DNA of 56,343 nucleotides from a virus (taxonomy: Duplodnaviria; Caudoviricetes). Where the stretch lies: positions 1 through 56,343 of IMG/VR virus record IMGVR_UViG_3300029448_000046, one strand, 5' to 3'. The notes below the pieces were generated by a model, which ran no database searches, was not told the DNA's origin, and saw nothing but the letters and a program-made list of their open reading frames with translations. Shown piece after piece: positions 19,051 through 27,343 of the stretch. A program made the position numbers and the translations under genes. The first letter of the stretch is position 1; the number at the start of each line of letters is the position of its first letter.

Positions 19051-20099
19051 AATTTGTTGTTTGTTTGAGATATAATGTTAGAGCCAACCTCACTTGACTT
19101 AGTCATAAACTCTGGCTGAAATCTCGCGTAATGATTTTGAGTTGTTGCAGTATTTGTGTGACCCAAATAGTTTGATATCTCCAAAATAGGTACACCATTC
19201 TTAGCCATCTGCACGGCACATGTGTGTCTCAAGCAGTGTGGATTAACATCTTTTAAGCCTGATTTTTTTACAGCCTTTTGAAAATGTGTATAGATTGTTT
19301 TGATTGGTTTGCCATCTTTCTCAACCAAAAAACCACTAGAGCTTTTGGACACAGCCTCTTTAAGTATCGGCTTTAGTGCGCTAGGCATTCTAATAATAGA
19401 GCGAGGCTTGTGCTTGCCCTCTATGCTGGGGTTGTTGAAGTTAATTATGTTGTCAGAAAAGTTGATGTTGGACTCAGTCAACTGAAGTATAGCTTCGCTT
19501 CGTGCGGCTGTCGCTAGAGCTATAGTTGTCCATACCTGCACAAACCATTCATCACAACTTTCCAAAAGAACTTTTATTTCTGAAAGCGTGAGGAACCTGT
19601 CCCTCACTCCAGACTTCACAAGTTTCATTTTGAAGGGGGTCCACTCAATCAACTCTTCTTCATGACAGAAATTAAGAGCCGCATTCAAAACGCCCAGTTC
19701 GCGTGAAGCTGACTGAGGTAAGACTGGTCTGCTTCTTATATAATTTCTAACATCCTGCTTACAGAAACTAGAAATTTTTCTGTTACCAAAATAGTTTGTC
19801 AGTTGTTTAACAATTGAATAGTGACGAGTCATATTTCGCTTAGTCGTTTTTCTGGATATAAGTTCTTTAGTATATTCCTGAAGAACTTCTGACAGAGTGC
19901 TAATTAAGTCTAAGTCAAACTCATCTGATTGTCCTGTAACCCAACCACTGAAGACCTGCTTTGCTTTCTCTTCATCCTCTTGGCCAGTAGAATACCTTCT
20001 TGGTACAACGACCCACTGTCCACCTCGGTGGACTTTTTCTGTCCAGTATATCTCCCAGTGTCTTCTGTCTCCGCGAGGCTCTTTAAGTTTGTATTCCAT
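19035..20099 (-). CDS. int: tyrosine integrase
   Basis: Catalytic R (AARSEA), HCLRH, LGH and Y (HYARF); probable start MEYKLK behind AGGAG. Confidence 0.92.
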   Translation of the reverse strand: MEYKLKEPRGDRRHWEIYWTEKVHRGGQWVVVPRRYSTGQEDEEKAKQVFSGWVTGQSDEFDLDLISTLSEVLQEYTKELISRKTTKRNMTRHYSIVKQLTNYFGNRKISSFCKQDVRNYIRSRPVLPQSASRELGVLNAALNFCHEEELIEWTPFKMKLVKSGVRDRFLTLSEIKVLLESCDEWFVQVWTTIALATAARSEAILQLTESNINFSDNIINFNNPSIEGKHKPRSIIRMPSALKPILKEAVSKSSSGFLVEKDGKPIKTIYTHFQKAVKKSGLKDVNPHCLRHTCAVQMAKNGVPILEISNYLGHTNTATTQNHYARFQPEFMTKSSEVGSNIISQTNNKLLVQG

Positions 20100-20257
20100 T
20101 TCATATCTCCTTCCTCTTGAGAAAGGATAGAAGATAACAGTATTCTTACAGACCGTCCACATTTTATAGACTTGATTGTATTATTCTTGACCATTCTTAC
20201 AACAGTTGAGCGAGATACTTGCAGAATATCTTGTGTTTGTCTCACTGTAACGTACAT
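19910..20257 (-). CDS. xis: excisionase (HTH_17-like)
   Basis: YVTVRQTQDILQVSRSTVVRMVKNNTIKSIKCGRSVRI winged HTH directly upstream of int. Confidence 0.8.
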   Translation of the reverse strand: MYVTVRQTQDILQVSRSTVVRMVKNNTIKSIKCGRSVRILLSSILSQEEGDMKWNTNLKSLAETEDTGRYTGQKKSTEVDSGSLYQEGILLAKRMKRKQSRSSVVGLQDNQMSLT

Positions 20258-20322
20258 ATTATCTATTAACCACTCTTGTATTGACTACTATATACATATT
20301 TATAACTCAATAATCCCTGGAA

Positions 20323-20793
20323 CTAACGTATCCAAACCCTAAAGTTCTTAACAAGGTTATCCATCTTCTGGCGTAAAGCCTCGGCATCTGAATTACCCAG
20401 TTCGCTTCTACTTTTAATACGGAGCTTGGCCTTCAAAGCATTAGCCGCTTCGGCTTCATGTTCAGCCAACCCCCAATCATAAAACCCCTCGTCCTGTGCG
20501 AGAGCTTCCATGTACCTTTGAAAGTTAACATCCTTACAAAGCATAACTGCTCTCTGAATATATTTTTTGTTTGGGTTATCACCCACCTCTGGTTCAGGGT
20601 TGTCGTAGTCCATAGCCTTTAAACCAATAGCCAGTGGCAGACCTGTTGGCGCGAACACCAGCCAGTCAGCCTGACCGAACTCATGAACGGTTAGTGTGAG
20701 TTGCCAAAGTCCATCAGTCGTCTGTCTGATTGCGTGTTTCTTGGCTTCAAACCCAGATACCTCGGTGAAGGCTGTTCGTGGTGTCGGTTTCAT
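20323..20793 (-). CDS. hypothetical protein
   Basis: 156-aa coupled ORF; AVMLC.D..FQRY, L.I.SRSEL. Confidence 0.65.
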   Translation of the reverse strand: MKPTPRTAFTEVSGFEAKKHAIRQTTDGLWQLTLTVHEFGQADWLVFAPTGLPLAIGLKAMDYDNPEPEVGDNPNKKYIQRAVMLCKDVNFQRYMEALAQDEGFYDWGLAEHEAEAANALKAKLRIKSRSELGNSDAEALRQKMDNLVKNFRVWIR

Positions 20794-20981
20794 TCAAGCT
20801 CCTCATAATATACAGAACGATAAGCCTCTCTAATTAGTTGAGCTACAGACGTGTATTTGTTCTCACGCTTGGAGACATCGTGTGCCACCTTGGTAAGCAC
20901 TTCCCAATCTCTTCGGGGCATTAATAAATTATATGTTTTGTTCTTCGACAGTTTTTTAAAACCAGTCATATTGAACTCCAT
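20790..20981 (-). CDS. small DNA-binding protein (RHH-like)
   Basis: TYNLLMP..DW..L...A......SVAQLIREA pattern. Confidence 0.5.
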   Translation of the reverse strand: MEFNMTGFKKLSKNKTYNLLMPRRDWEVLTKVAHDVSKRENKYTSVAQLIREAYRSVYYEELE

Positions 20982-21256
20982 ATTTCTTCAGCCGCCGCCA
21001 GTGCATCAATCCCTGCAAACGCCCAGTAAAGACGCTCTCCTTCTTGCGTGACGTGTAATTCGTGATGACAAGTTCCACAGAGCGGAACGGTATACTGGTC
21101 TCCAACCTTCTGACCAAAACCACGATGCTCAGAAAACTGAATATGATGAGCGTGATTTGGTGCAGGAGAACCGCACACTAGACATGGCAGTTTCCTAACC
21201 TTGTCTAGGTGCTTTCGAGAACGAATTTTTTTTTCCTTAAAACGGGATATCGTCAT
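20966..21256 (-). CDS. DUF968-like zinc/HNH-like protein
   Basis: RSRKHL..VR.LPCLVCG....AHH....G.GQK..D..TVPLC..CH.ELH; start placed at MTISRF. Confidence 0.75.
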   Translation of the reverse strand: MTISRFKEKKIRSRKHLDKVRKLPCLVCGSPAPNHAHHIQFSEHRGFGQKVGDQYTVPLCGTCHHELHVTQEGERLYWAFAGIDALAAAEEIWSSI

Positions 21257-21596
21257 CCAGTTTGTCTTCCTTGGGTGCATCTGAGGACTTGTCTGATGCT
21301 GACTTTGGTGGAAGCACAACCGCATTTACTCGCACGTTGAGGTTCATGTACTTTGCATCTTTGAGTGTAGCCTTTAACTCACCACTGACTGTAACCAAAC
21401 CACCCTTGGAGAGAGTTACTTTGCTTGGGTCCTTTAAATACCAATAGCACTGAAACCAATTGGTGTGTGATTGGTTGTCACCCTTTGGGTCATATTGATT
21501 TTGAGCAACCTTAAATGCGACAGTGTTATCTCCTACCACCTTCGCATCTTCCACTAAGTAACCAGCAAAGGTTATACTATTTAATTGATTAGCCAT
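21237..21596 (-). CDS. ssb: single-stranded DNA-binding protein
   Basis: N.ITFAG.L..D, TNWF, KG..VTVSGEL and acidic tail DDDIPF. Confidence 0.85.
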   Translation of the reverse strand: MANQLNSITFAGYLVEDAKVVGDNTVAFKVAQNQYDPKGDNQSHTNWFQCYWYLKDPSKVTLSKGGLVTVSGELKATLKDAKYMNLNVRVNAVVLPPKSASDKSSDAPKEDKLDDDIPF

Positions 21597-22269
21597 TTGA
21601 ATTCTCCTCATATTCAGCCTGAGTTGGTAGTTTTGATGTGTAGTCTTTCCATAGTTTCTCTAAGTCTGAGTGTAGCTCACTGTTATTAGACTGAAGATGC
21701 TCAAAGAAACTAGATTTTTCTATGATGTAGTCCGTGACCTCTTCCTTAAATCTTTTTTGTGATAGCTCATTTTGAAACTTCATAACTAATTCTCGTAATT
21801 TAGCACCGCCTTTAAACTGCAATTTAACTACGTTGCCAGACTGAACAGCAAACTCAACTTCCTCAAGAGTTGCCATCTCTCCGCCGTGGATACCAAGATT
21901 GGCTAGCATTCTGCCGACGGATGATGTCTCAGAATTTTCTACCGCACTAGTTTGATTGATACGGTTGGACGTTCTGTCCTCTTCACTGGTTCCAGTTGAT
22001 TTTACGTTCTTCATCTGGACTATCTCTTGGCCATCCTCATTAATAATGACATCAATTTCCTCTGCCAAATATGCCCTAGTGATAACCTTATCATCATGTG
22101 TCTCAACACGGGTGAAGACTGAAGCATATTCTACAATGTCTTCAGCAGAAATTTCTCTTCGGAACAACTCAGTACGCAACGAAACAGAACTGTAATCATT
22201 CTTACCAATCCTAATTTTATTGTCAGCATTTTTCAGAAGCCTCTGGATATCAGATATTTTATTTGTCAT
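21589..22269 (-). CDS. putative single-strand annealing recombinase
   Basis: TG.SEE....INQTSAVENSETSSVGRMLANLG; lies between the exonuclease and SSB. Confidence 0.55.
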   Translation of the reverse strand: MTNKISDIQRLLKNADNKIRIGKNDYSSVSLRTELFRREISAEDIVEYASVFTRVETHDDKVITRAYLAEEIDVIINEDGQEIVQMKNVKSTGTSEEDRTSNRINQTSAVENSETSSVGRMLANLGIHGGEMATLEEVEFAVQSGNVVKLQFKGGAKLRELVMKFQNELSQKRFKEEVTDYIIEKSSFFEHLQSNNSELHSDLEKLWKDYTSKLPTQAEYEENSNG

Positions 22270-23116
22270 CTGTCAAAACCTCTTTCGTAAATTGTTCAGA
22301 TTGATACTGGTCACAGAAGGGCGCGACATCACAAAATCTAGTGCATCTAATTGGCTCGGCCTCTCTCTTTTGAATAAAGACTGGTGTCTTTGTGGTGTGT
22401 GCCAATGCTTCATCCATTGTTGAATAGAGACGTAAAGTTTTCTTTGTCTTCTCAGAGACAACTGCGAACTTTGCTGGTCGCATCCACCTGTCTTCGTCGG
22501 TGCATAGAGGGATTGATTCTGACAGGTGTAACTGCAATCGCTCATTGACATAATCCTCTGCCTCATTTTCTAACCATAGCGGCAAGGAAAACACTGGGAA
22601 CATTGTGTCAGGGTAATCACCACCAACTTTAATGTCAGACCAGTCTCGTAAAACGCCACTTATATAAAGATTTTTTGGTGTCATATCGTTTGCGCGTAAG
22701 AGAAACGCATATATGTTGAGTTGTTTTTCAAACTCTTTCATATCAGTCTGAGCTTTATAAGCTGTCATAAGCTTATAATCCCAGATGTTCCACCCACCCT
22801 CGACAGGCTCAAGCGCATCAGGCGAACCCGATATAACTTTATCACCTACCCGTGCGTATAATCGTTTCTCAGTAACCCAATGGGGTGGTGAGTTCTGCTC
22901 CATAAGCAGATGCCAAGCCTCTCCAAGTTTGGCATAACCTCTTTTAAGCGGGTCAACTTTAATTTTTTTTCCATGCTCTTTGTACAGTCTGGATATTCTT
23001 GGAGAGTCCTTTAATCTGGTAGCTGATACATCTGTAGGTATTGCACCAGAGTTGTAACCATCTTTATTAAGATAGGACTTCAAAGAGTCTGGCAGAATTT
23101 CTTTAGCTAATTTCAT
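22259..23116 (-). CDS. PD-(D/E)XK exonuclease (Cas4/RecB-like)
   Basis: G.AWH, E.RL, SGSPD, DYK, QLNIYA, C-terminal C...C..FC....FC. Confidence 0.85.
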   Translation of the reverse strand: MKLAKEILPDSLKSYLNKDGYNSGAIPTDVSATRLKDSPRISRLYKEHGKKIKVDPLKRGYAKLGEAWHLLMEQNSPPHWVTEKRLYARVGDKVISGSPDALEPVEGGWNIWDYKLMTAYKAQTDMKEFEKQLNIYAFLLRANDMTPKNLYISGVLRDWSDIKVGGDYPDTMFPVFSLPLWLENEAEDYVNERLQLHLSESIPLCTDEDRWMRPAKFAVVSEKTKKTLRLYSTMDEALAHTTKTPVFIQKREAEPIRCTRFCDVAPFCDQYQSEQFTKEVLTDDK

Positions 23117-23122
23117 ATAGCT

Positions 23123-23150
23123 AATCTAATACAATTAAATACAATGTCAA
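23123..23150 (-). promoter_or_regulatory. sigma70-like promoter of the recombination operon
   Basis: TTGACA-N16-TAGATT, 6 nt upstream of the ATG. Confidence 0.6.
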
Positions 23151-23169
23151 GATTTTAGAGGTAGAATAC

Positions 23170-23841
23170 TCAGAAATCTGCACTTAATCTAATTAGCTTA
23201 CCTTCTACTGTAAATTCTTCTTGAGACAACTCTTCAACATCTTTCATCAAAACATCCTTGGCGACTAGGAATTTTTCAGAGCCAAGCTTCCTGTCTAGCC
23301 ACCTATAGTAATTTCTACCTGAAGATTGAATTGCGTATATACTTTTCTTTTTAAACTCAGTCTTCTCCCACCACGCAAAAACATTTACACCAATAAGCGC
23401 ATCGCACTCTGTGTCCATTACACGGCTAATCCAATCAACATTAATATATTTTGTAAAATCCTTATATAAAACAATATGATTTTGGGGATTTTTAGTTTCA
23501 TGATAGTGAGCTTGTACAGCACCCTCGTTGTGGTCATAAACTCCAACCTCAGTATATTTATCAGGTACAAAAATTGATGGTGTCGGTGAGGCACATTCAG
23601 ATAAACCAAAGAGATAGTTTAAATTAACATTAAATTTCTCAGCTATATCACGCAGTAGTAAAAGGTCTGGATGAGTCGGTCCTGCTATAACATGGTTAAA
23701 TGTTCTAGCATCCATGCCAAGCATGTCTGCCGCCTTGGATTGCGTAAGGTCTCTCTCAATTAAAAGCTTACGCAGTGCCTCTCTAAAAGGCGCGTAATCT
23801 CGTTTAACTCTAGTTACTTTTGTAGGTTTTAATCTGGCCAT
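23170..23841 (-). CDS. XRE-family HTH repressor (CI-like)
   Basis: LRKLL.ERDLTQSKAADMLGMD..TF...IAEKFNVNLNYLFG; S24-like C-terminal layout ending VEGKLI. Confidence 0.75.
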   Translation of the reverse strand: MARLKPTKVTRVKRDYAPFREALRKLLIERDLTQSKAADMLGMDARTFNHVIAGPTHPDLLLLRDIAEKFNVNLNYLFGLSECASPTPSIFVPDKYTEVGVYDHNEGAVQAHYHETKNPQNHIVLYKDFTKYINVDWISRVMDTECDALIGVNVFAWWEKTEFKKKSIYAIQSSGRNYYRWLDRKLGSEKFLVAKDVLMKDVEELSQEEFTVEGKLIRLSADF

Positions 23842-23905
23842 ATAATTTCTCCCTTAAAAATTACATATTTCAGAGTGGGGTTTTCACTATAGGTCAAAAA
23901 ATTTC

Positions 23906-24343
23906 ATGACACAACGCGAACGAATCAAGAACATGCAAGTTTTTAAGTCTAAAACTGTCCGAAAAGAGCCTGAATTACTAATTCAAAGTAATATAATTCA
24001 GATGCTGAAGGAAAATTTAAAACATAATGTGCTTATGACAGCCTTCCCTGCTGGTGGCGGTGGCAGGGTAAGAGGTGCTAAACTAAAAAGGGCTGGCCTT
24101 CAATCTGGTTGGCCTGACATTCAGCTTATACATGAAGGACGTTACTACGGTCTAGAAGTAAAGACCAGCACAGGCCGATTATCTCCAGCGCAGAAAATCA
24201 TACATCAAAAACTAACTGATAGTGGCTGTCTTGTTGCAGTCGTTAAGTCAGTTACTGACGCACAGGAGAAAATAGTTGAGTGGGGCATCTCTAGAAGGTA
24301 TAAAAAGAATGTGGAGAGCGACAATATTACAGGCGTTACTTGA
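23906..24343 (+). CDS. VRR-NUC domain nuclease
   Basis: E..IQ..I, G...GWPDI, LEVK...GRLSPAQ. Confidence 0.85.
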   Translation: MTQRERIKNMQVFKSKTVRKEPELLIQSNIIQMLKENLKHNVLMTAFPAGGGGRVRGAKLKRAGLQSGWPDIQLIHEGRYYGLEVKTSTGRLSPAQKIIHQKLTDSGCLVAVVKSVTDAQEKIVEWGISRRYKKNVESDNITGVT

Positions 24344-24641
24344 TGCTTGTAACTTAGGTCGTTCACTCAATCCCAGTTGGCCAGAATGGAAACATGAAAA
24401 GGTTAGATGCGAAGCAACAGATTGGTTGCTTGGTGATAGCCAAGACTTTGCCGAAGTTTGCGAAGCCGCTGACATACAGAAAGAATATATAGCCAAGTTC
24501 GCCTTGAGAATATCCAAAGGTGACAACAAGGCAAAACAATTACTAATTGAATGGCGAGATACATTCGCTAAACAAGGAAGGAAGATAAAGAATGGCGTGG
24601 AAGTCGAACTCGAACCCGATGTTTCGGACGAAATTTTCTGA
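24276..24641 (+). CDS. hypothetical protein
   Basis: MWRATILQALLDA...A.DWL...DF.EVCE.A pattern of conserved phage proteins. Confidence 0.65.
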   Translation: MSGASLEGIKRMWRATILQALLDACNLGRSLNPSWPEWKHEKVRCEATDWLLGDSQDFAEVCEAADIQKEYIAKFALRISKGDNKAKQLLIEWRDTFAKQGRKIKNGVEVELEPDVSDEIF

Positions 24642-26271
24642 AGATATTTTTAATAATAAGTACGCACATGAAGATGCAACAACATGGGCTGAGTTGTCAC
24701 GAACTTTGGTTGAGGATGTTTGTCGCGACTACATGCCTCAAGATGAGAAAGATGAACTTGTTGACCATCTCACAAACTTGAGATGGGTGGCAGGTGGCCG
24801 CTATCTTTATTATGCAGGTCGTAAGCGTAAGTTCTTTAACAACTGCTTTCTTTTACGCGCACAAGAAGATACCCGTGAGGACTGGGCTAACCTAAGTTGG
24901 AAGGCGGAAAGCTGTCTTATGACTGGCGGTGGAATAGGTATTGACTACTCAGTATACAGACCTGAAGGCTCGGCCCTCGGTGGAACTGGTGGAACTGCAT
25001 CTGGTTCTGTAACTAAGATGAAGATGATTAATGAAATCGGAAGGTCTGTAATGCAAGGCGGCTCACGTAGGTCTGCAATATATGCAAGCCTAAACTGGAA
25101 GCATGGAGACATAAATAGCTTTCTGGATGCCAAGAACTGGCACGAAATGCCAGTGGGTAAATCTGGCTACACACTGTATGATGCAAAGCAGGATGACTTT
25201 AACTTCCCTGCCCCACTCGACATGACAAATATCTCTGTCAATTATGACACAGAGTGGTTGATGAATTACTGGCAAACTGGTGATGTCGGAGATGTGTTTA
25301 GAAAGAATTGTAAACAAGCATTGAGCAGTGCAGAGCCAGGATTTTCCTTTAATTTTTTTGATAAAGAAAACGAAACTCTTCGCAACGCATGTACAGAAGT
25401 GACCAGCTCCGACTCAGATGACTTATGTAATCTTGCCAGCCTGAACTTCGCTCGTATTGATAGCTTAGACCAACTTCAATCACTGGTTTATCTGGTAACA
25501 AAGTTTCTTGTTTGTGGGACGATGGTTGCAGAACTCCCTTACGATGAAATTTATAGAACCCGTGAGAAAAATAGGCGTCTTGGTTTAGGGTTGATGGGTC
25601 TGCATGAATGGCTTATTGCACGTGGAAGTAAGTATGAAGTGACTGACGAACTTCATCGTTGGCTAAGAGTTTACAAGAGTGTGTCAGATGATACAGCAGA
25701 CAAGTTCTGTGATGAGTTATCTATTAGCCGCTCAGTAGCCAAACGTGCAGTCGCACCAACGGGAACGATAGGTATTATTGCTGGAACAACAACAGGAGTT
25801 GAGCCAATCTTTGCTGTCTCATATAAGCGCAGGTACTTAAAAGGAAGCAAGTGGCACTATCAATATGTGGTTGATGCGGCGGCTCAAGAAATGATTGATG
25901 TGTATGGAGCTGACCCGAATAAAATTGAATCGGCCATTGACCTAGCTGGTGACTACGAGCGAAGGATGAAGTTCCAGTTCGATGTCCAGTCTTACGTTGA
26001 CATGAGTATCTCAAGTACAATCAACCTACCTAGCTGGGGCAGTGAACTCAACAATGAGGATACCGCTGAAAAGTTTACTCAAACACTAGCTAAGTATGCT
26101 CATGGTCTGCGTGGTTTTACCGCTTACCCCGATGGCTGTCGAGGTGGTCAACCGCTTACATCAGTCGCGTATGCAGAGGCTGTAGAAAAACTTGGAACAG
26201 AGTTTGAGGAAGCTGTTGAGACACATGACATATGTGAAATCACTGCACACGGCGGTTCTTGTGGAGTGTAA
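24592..26271 (+). CDS. nrdJ: class II (adenosylcobalamin-dependent) ribonucleotide reductase
   Basis: NNCF, RNACTE, CNLAS, GLGLMGL, APTGTI and C-terminal C......SCG; no beta-subunit gene in the window. Confidence 0.88.
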   Translation: MAWKSNSNPMFRTKFSEDIFNNKYAHEDATTWAELSRTLVEDVCRDYMPQDEKDELVDHLTNLRWVAGGRYLYYAGRKRKFFNNCFLLRAQEDTREDWANLSWKAESCLMTGGGIGIDYSVYRPEGSALGGTGGTASGSVTKMKMINEIGRSVMQGGSRRSAIYASLNWKHGDINSFLDAKNWHEMPVGKSGYTLYDAKQDDFNFPAPLDMTNISVNYDTEWLMNYWQTGDVGDVFRKNCKQALSSAEPGFSFNFFDKENETLRNACTEVTSSDSDDLCNLASLNFARIDSLDQLQSLVYLVTKFLVCGTMVAELPYDEIYRTREKNRRLGLGLMGLHEWLIARGSKYEVTDELHRWLRVYKSVSDDTADKFCDELSISRSVAKRAVAPTGTIGIIAGTTTGVEPIFAVSYKRRYLKGSKWHYQYVVDAAAQEMIDVYGADPNKIESAIDLAGDYERRMKFQFDVQSYVDMSISSTINLPSWGSELNNEDTAEKFTQTLAKYAHGLRGFTAYPDGCRGGQPLTSVAYAEAVEKLGTEFEEAVETHDICEITAHGGSCGV

Positions 26272-26307
26272 CAGTCTAAAATTATTTATCTAACCTCTAA
26301 AATATGG

Positions 26308-26336
26308 TTGCAATAACTTATTTGTCTCATTAAAAA
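26308..26336 (+). promoter_or_regulatory. putative promoter of the replication genes
   Basis: TTGCAA-N17-TAAAAA, 6 nt before the ATG. Confidence 0.4.
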
Positions 26337-26342
26337 GAAATT

Positions 26343-27026
26343 ATGCGTGATGTAGGTTATATTAAAATGCATAGAGGATGGATGAAAAACCCTGTCTTCC
26401 GCTCATGTGAAGAGCGAGTTCTTTGGGTCACCATAATTGAGCGAGCCGCTTGGAAGGATACAAGTACAACAGTCAATGGTTGTATTGTGTCTGTACCTCG
26501 CGGCTCTTTTATTTGCTCAATGCGTACCATCTCTGATGTCCAAGTCTGGGATGCAAAGAGGGTGAGTCGCTTCCTAAACAGGTTAAAAAAGTGCCACATG
26601 ATTGACACAGAAACTGTCCAAGGACTGACACAGATAACAGTCTGTAATTATGAGAAATATAATCAACAGCCGCACACAAGTGACACAGATAGTGTCCAAG
26701 CAGTGACACATAAAGAAAGAATAAATAATAAAAAAGAAAATATAATACATGGATGGGATGAGTTTCACGCCGTCTACCCAAAGGGCAAGCATGACAACGG
26801 CAACCCCAGACGTTGGCCAAAGTCAGGCCGTGATAGTGCGATGAATGTTTTTAAGGCAACGAGCAAGAACACTTCAGTCGAACTCTTAATCAAAGCGGCA
26901 GGTAATTACGCACAAGTAAAGAGCGATGGGCTGTATGTTCTGAACCCAAAAAAGTTTTTATCACAAGATTACTGGAAGGATTTCTTGGAAGTGAAAAAGA
27001 AAATAGACAATTGGAATTACCAATGA
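26343..27026 (+). CDS. phage replication initiator / replisome organiser
   Basis: GYIKMHR, V.V.RGSF..S, ITVCNYEKY, F...YPK motifs; internal repeats. Confidence 0.8.
   Translation: MRDVGYIKMHRGWMKNPVFRSCEERVLWVTIIERAAWKDTSTTVNGCIVSVPRGSFICSMRTISDVQVWDAKRVSRFLNRLKKCHMIDTETVQGLTQITVCNYEKYNQQPHTSDTDSVQAVTHKERINNKKENIIHGWDEFHAVYPKGKHDNGNPRRWPKSGRDSAMNVFKATSKNTSVELLIKAAGNYAQVKSDGLYVLNPKKFLSQDYWKDFLEVKKKIDNWNYQ
26603..26747 (+). repeat. iteron array plus AT-rich tract (putative ori)
   Basis: TGACACA(G/T)A at 26603, 26626, 26681 and 26704, then an A-rich tract at 26711-26747. Confidence 0.7.
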
Positions 27027-27343
27027 CTGGTGTTGACGGGTTTCTAGACAGGAACAAGGCGTTTGGTACTGAGTTAGAGACAGTTTTAGGAAACACGTTT
27101 GGCGGGTGGCGTAGATGCAGGTGTCCGAAGTGTTCAGACAGTAGGAAAAACAAAGCGGACAGGTGTCTTGCAGTAAGGCATCCTGAAGAAGGAGATGTAT
27201 ATGTTATCTGCCACAATTGCGGCTGGCGGTCAGGATTTAATGGGGCTGACGGAAGAGGCTACAGCGTATCTAGAAACCAGAAGTCTGGACGCAGAGACAG
27301 TTTTAAATCTGGGGGTTTTCGCCTCAAAACACCATTCCTCTGA
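27023..27343 (+). CDS. stand-alone primase zinc-binding domain
   Basis: CPKCS.SRK.K.DRCLAV...CHNCGW.SG; ATGA overlap with the initiator stop. Confidence 0.7.
   Translation: MTGVDGFLDRNKAFGTELETVLGNTFGGWRRCRCPKCSDSRKNKADRCLAVRHPEEGDVYVICHNCGWRSGFNGADGRGYSVSRNQKSGRRDSFKSGGFRLKTPFL

Noticed and set aside
22259-23116. Cas4 as part of a CRISPR system
   Set aside because: Context (annealing protein, SSB) indicates a recombination exonuclease
24592-26271. Intein or intron in nrdJ (also checked terL and the helicase)
   Set aside because: The ORFs are compact and continuous, with no intein or homing-endonuclease motifs seen
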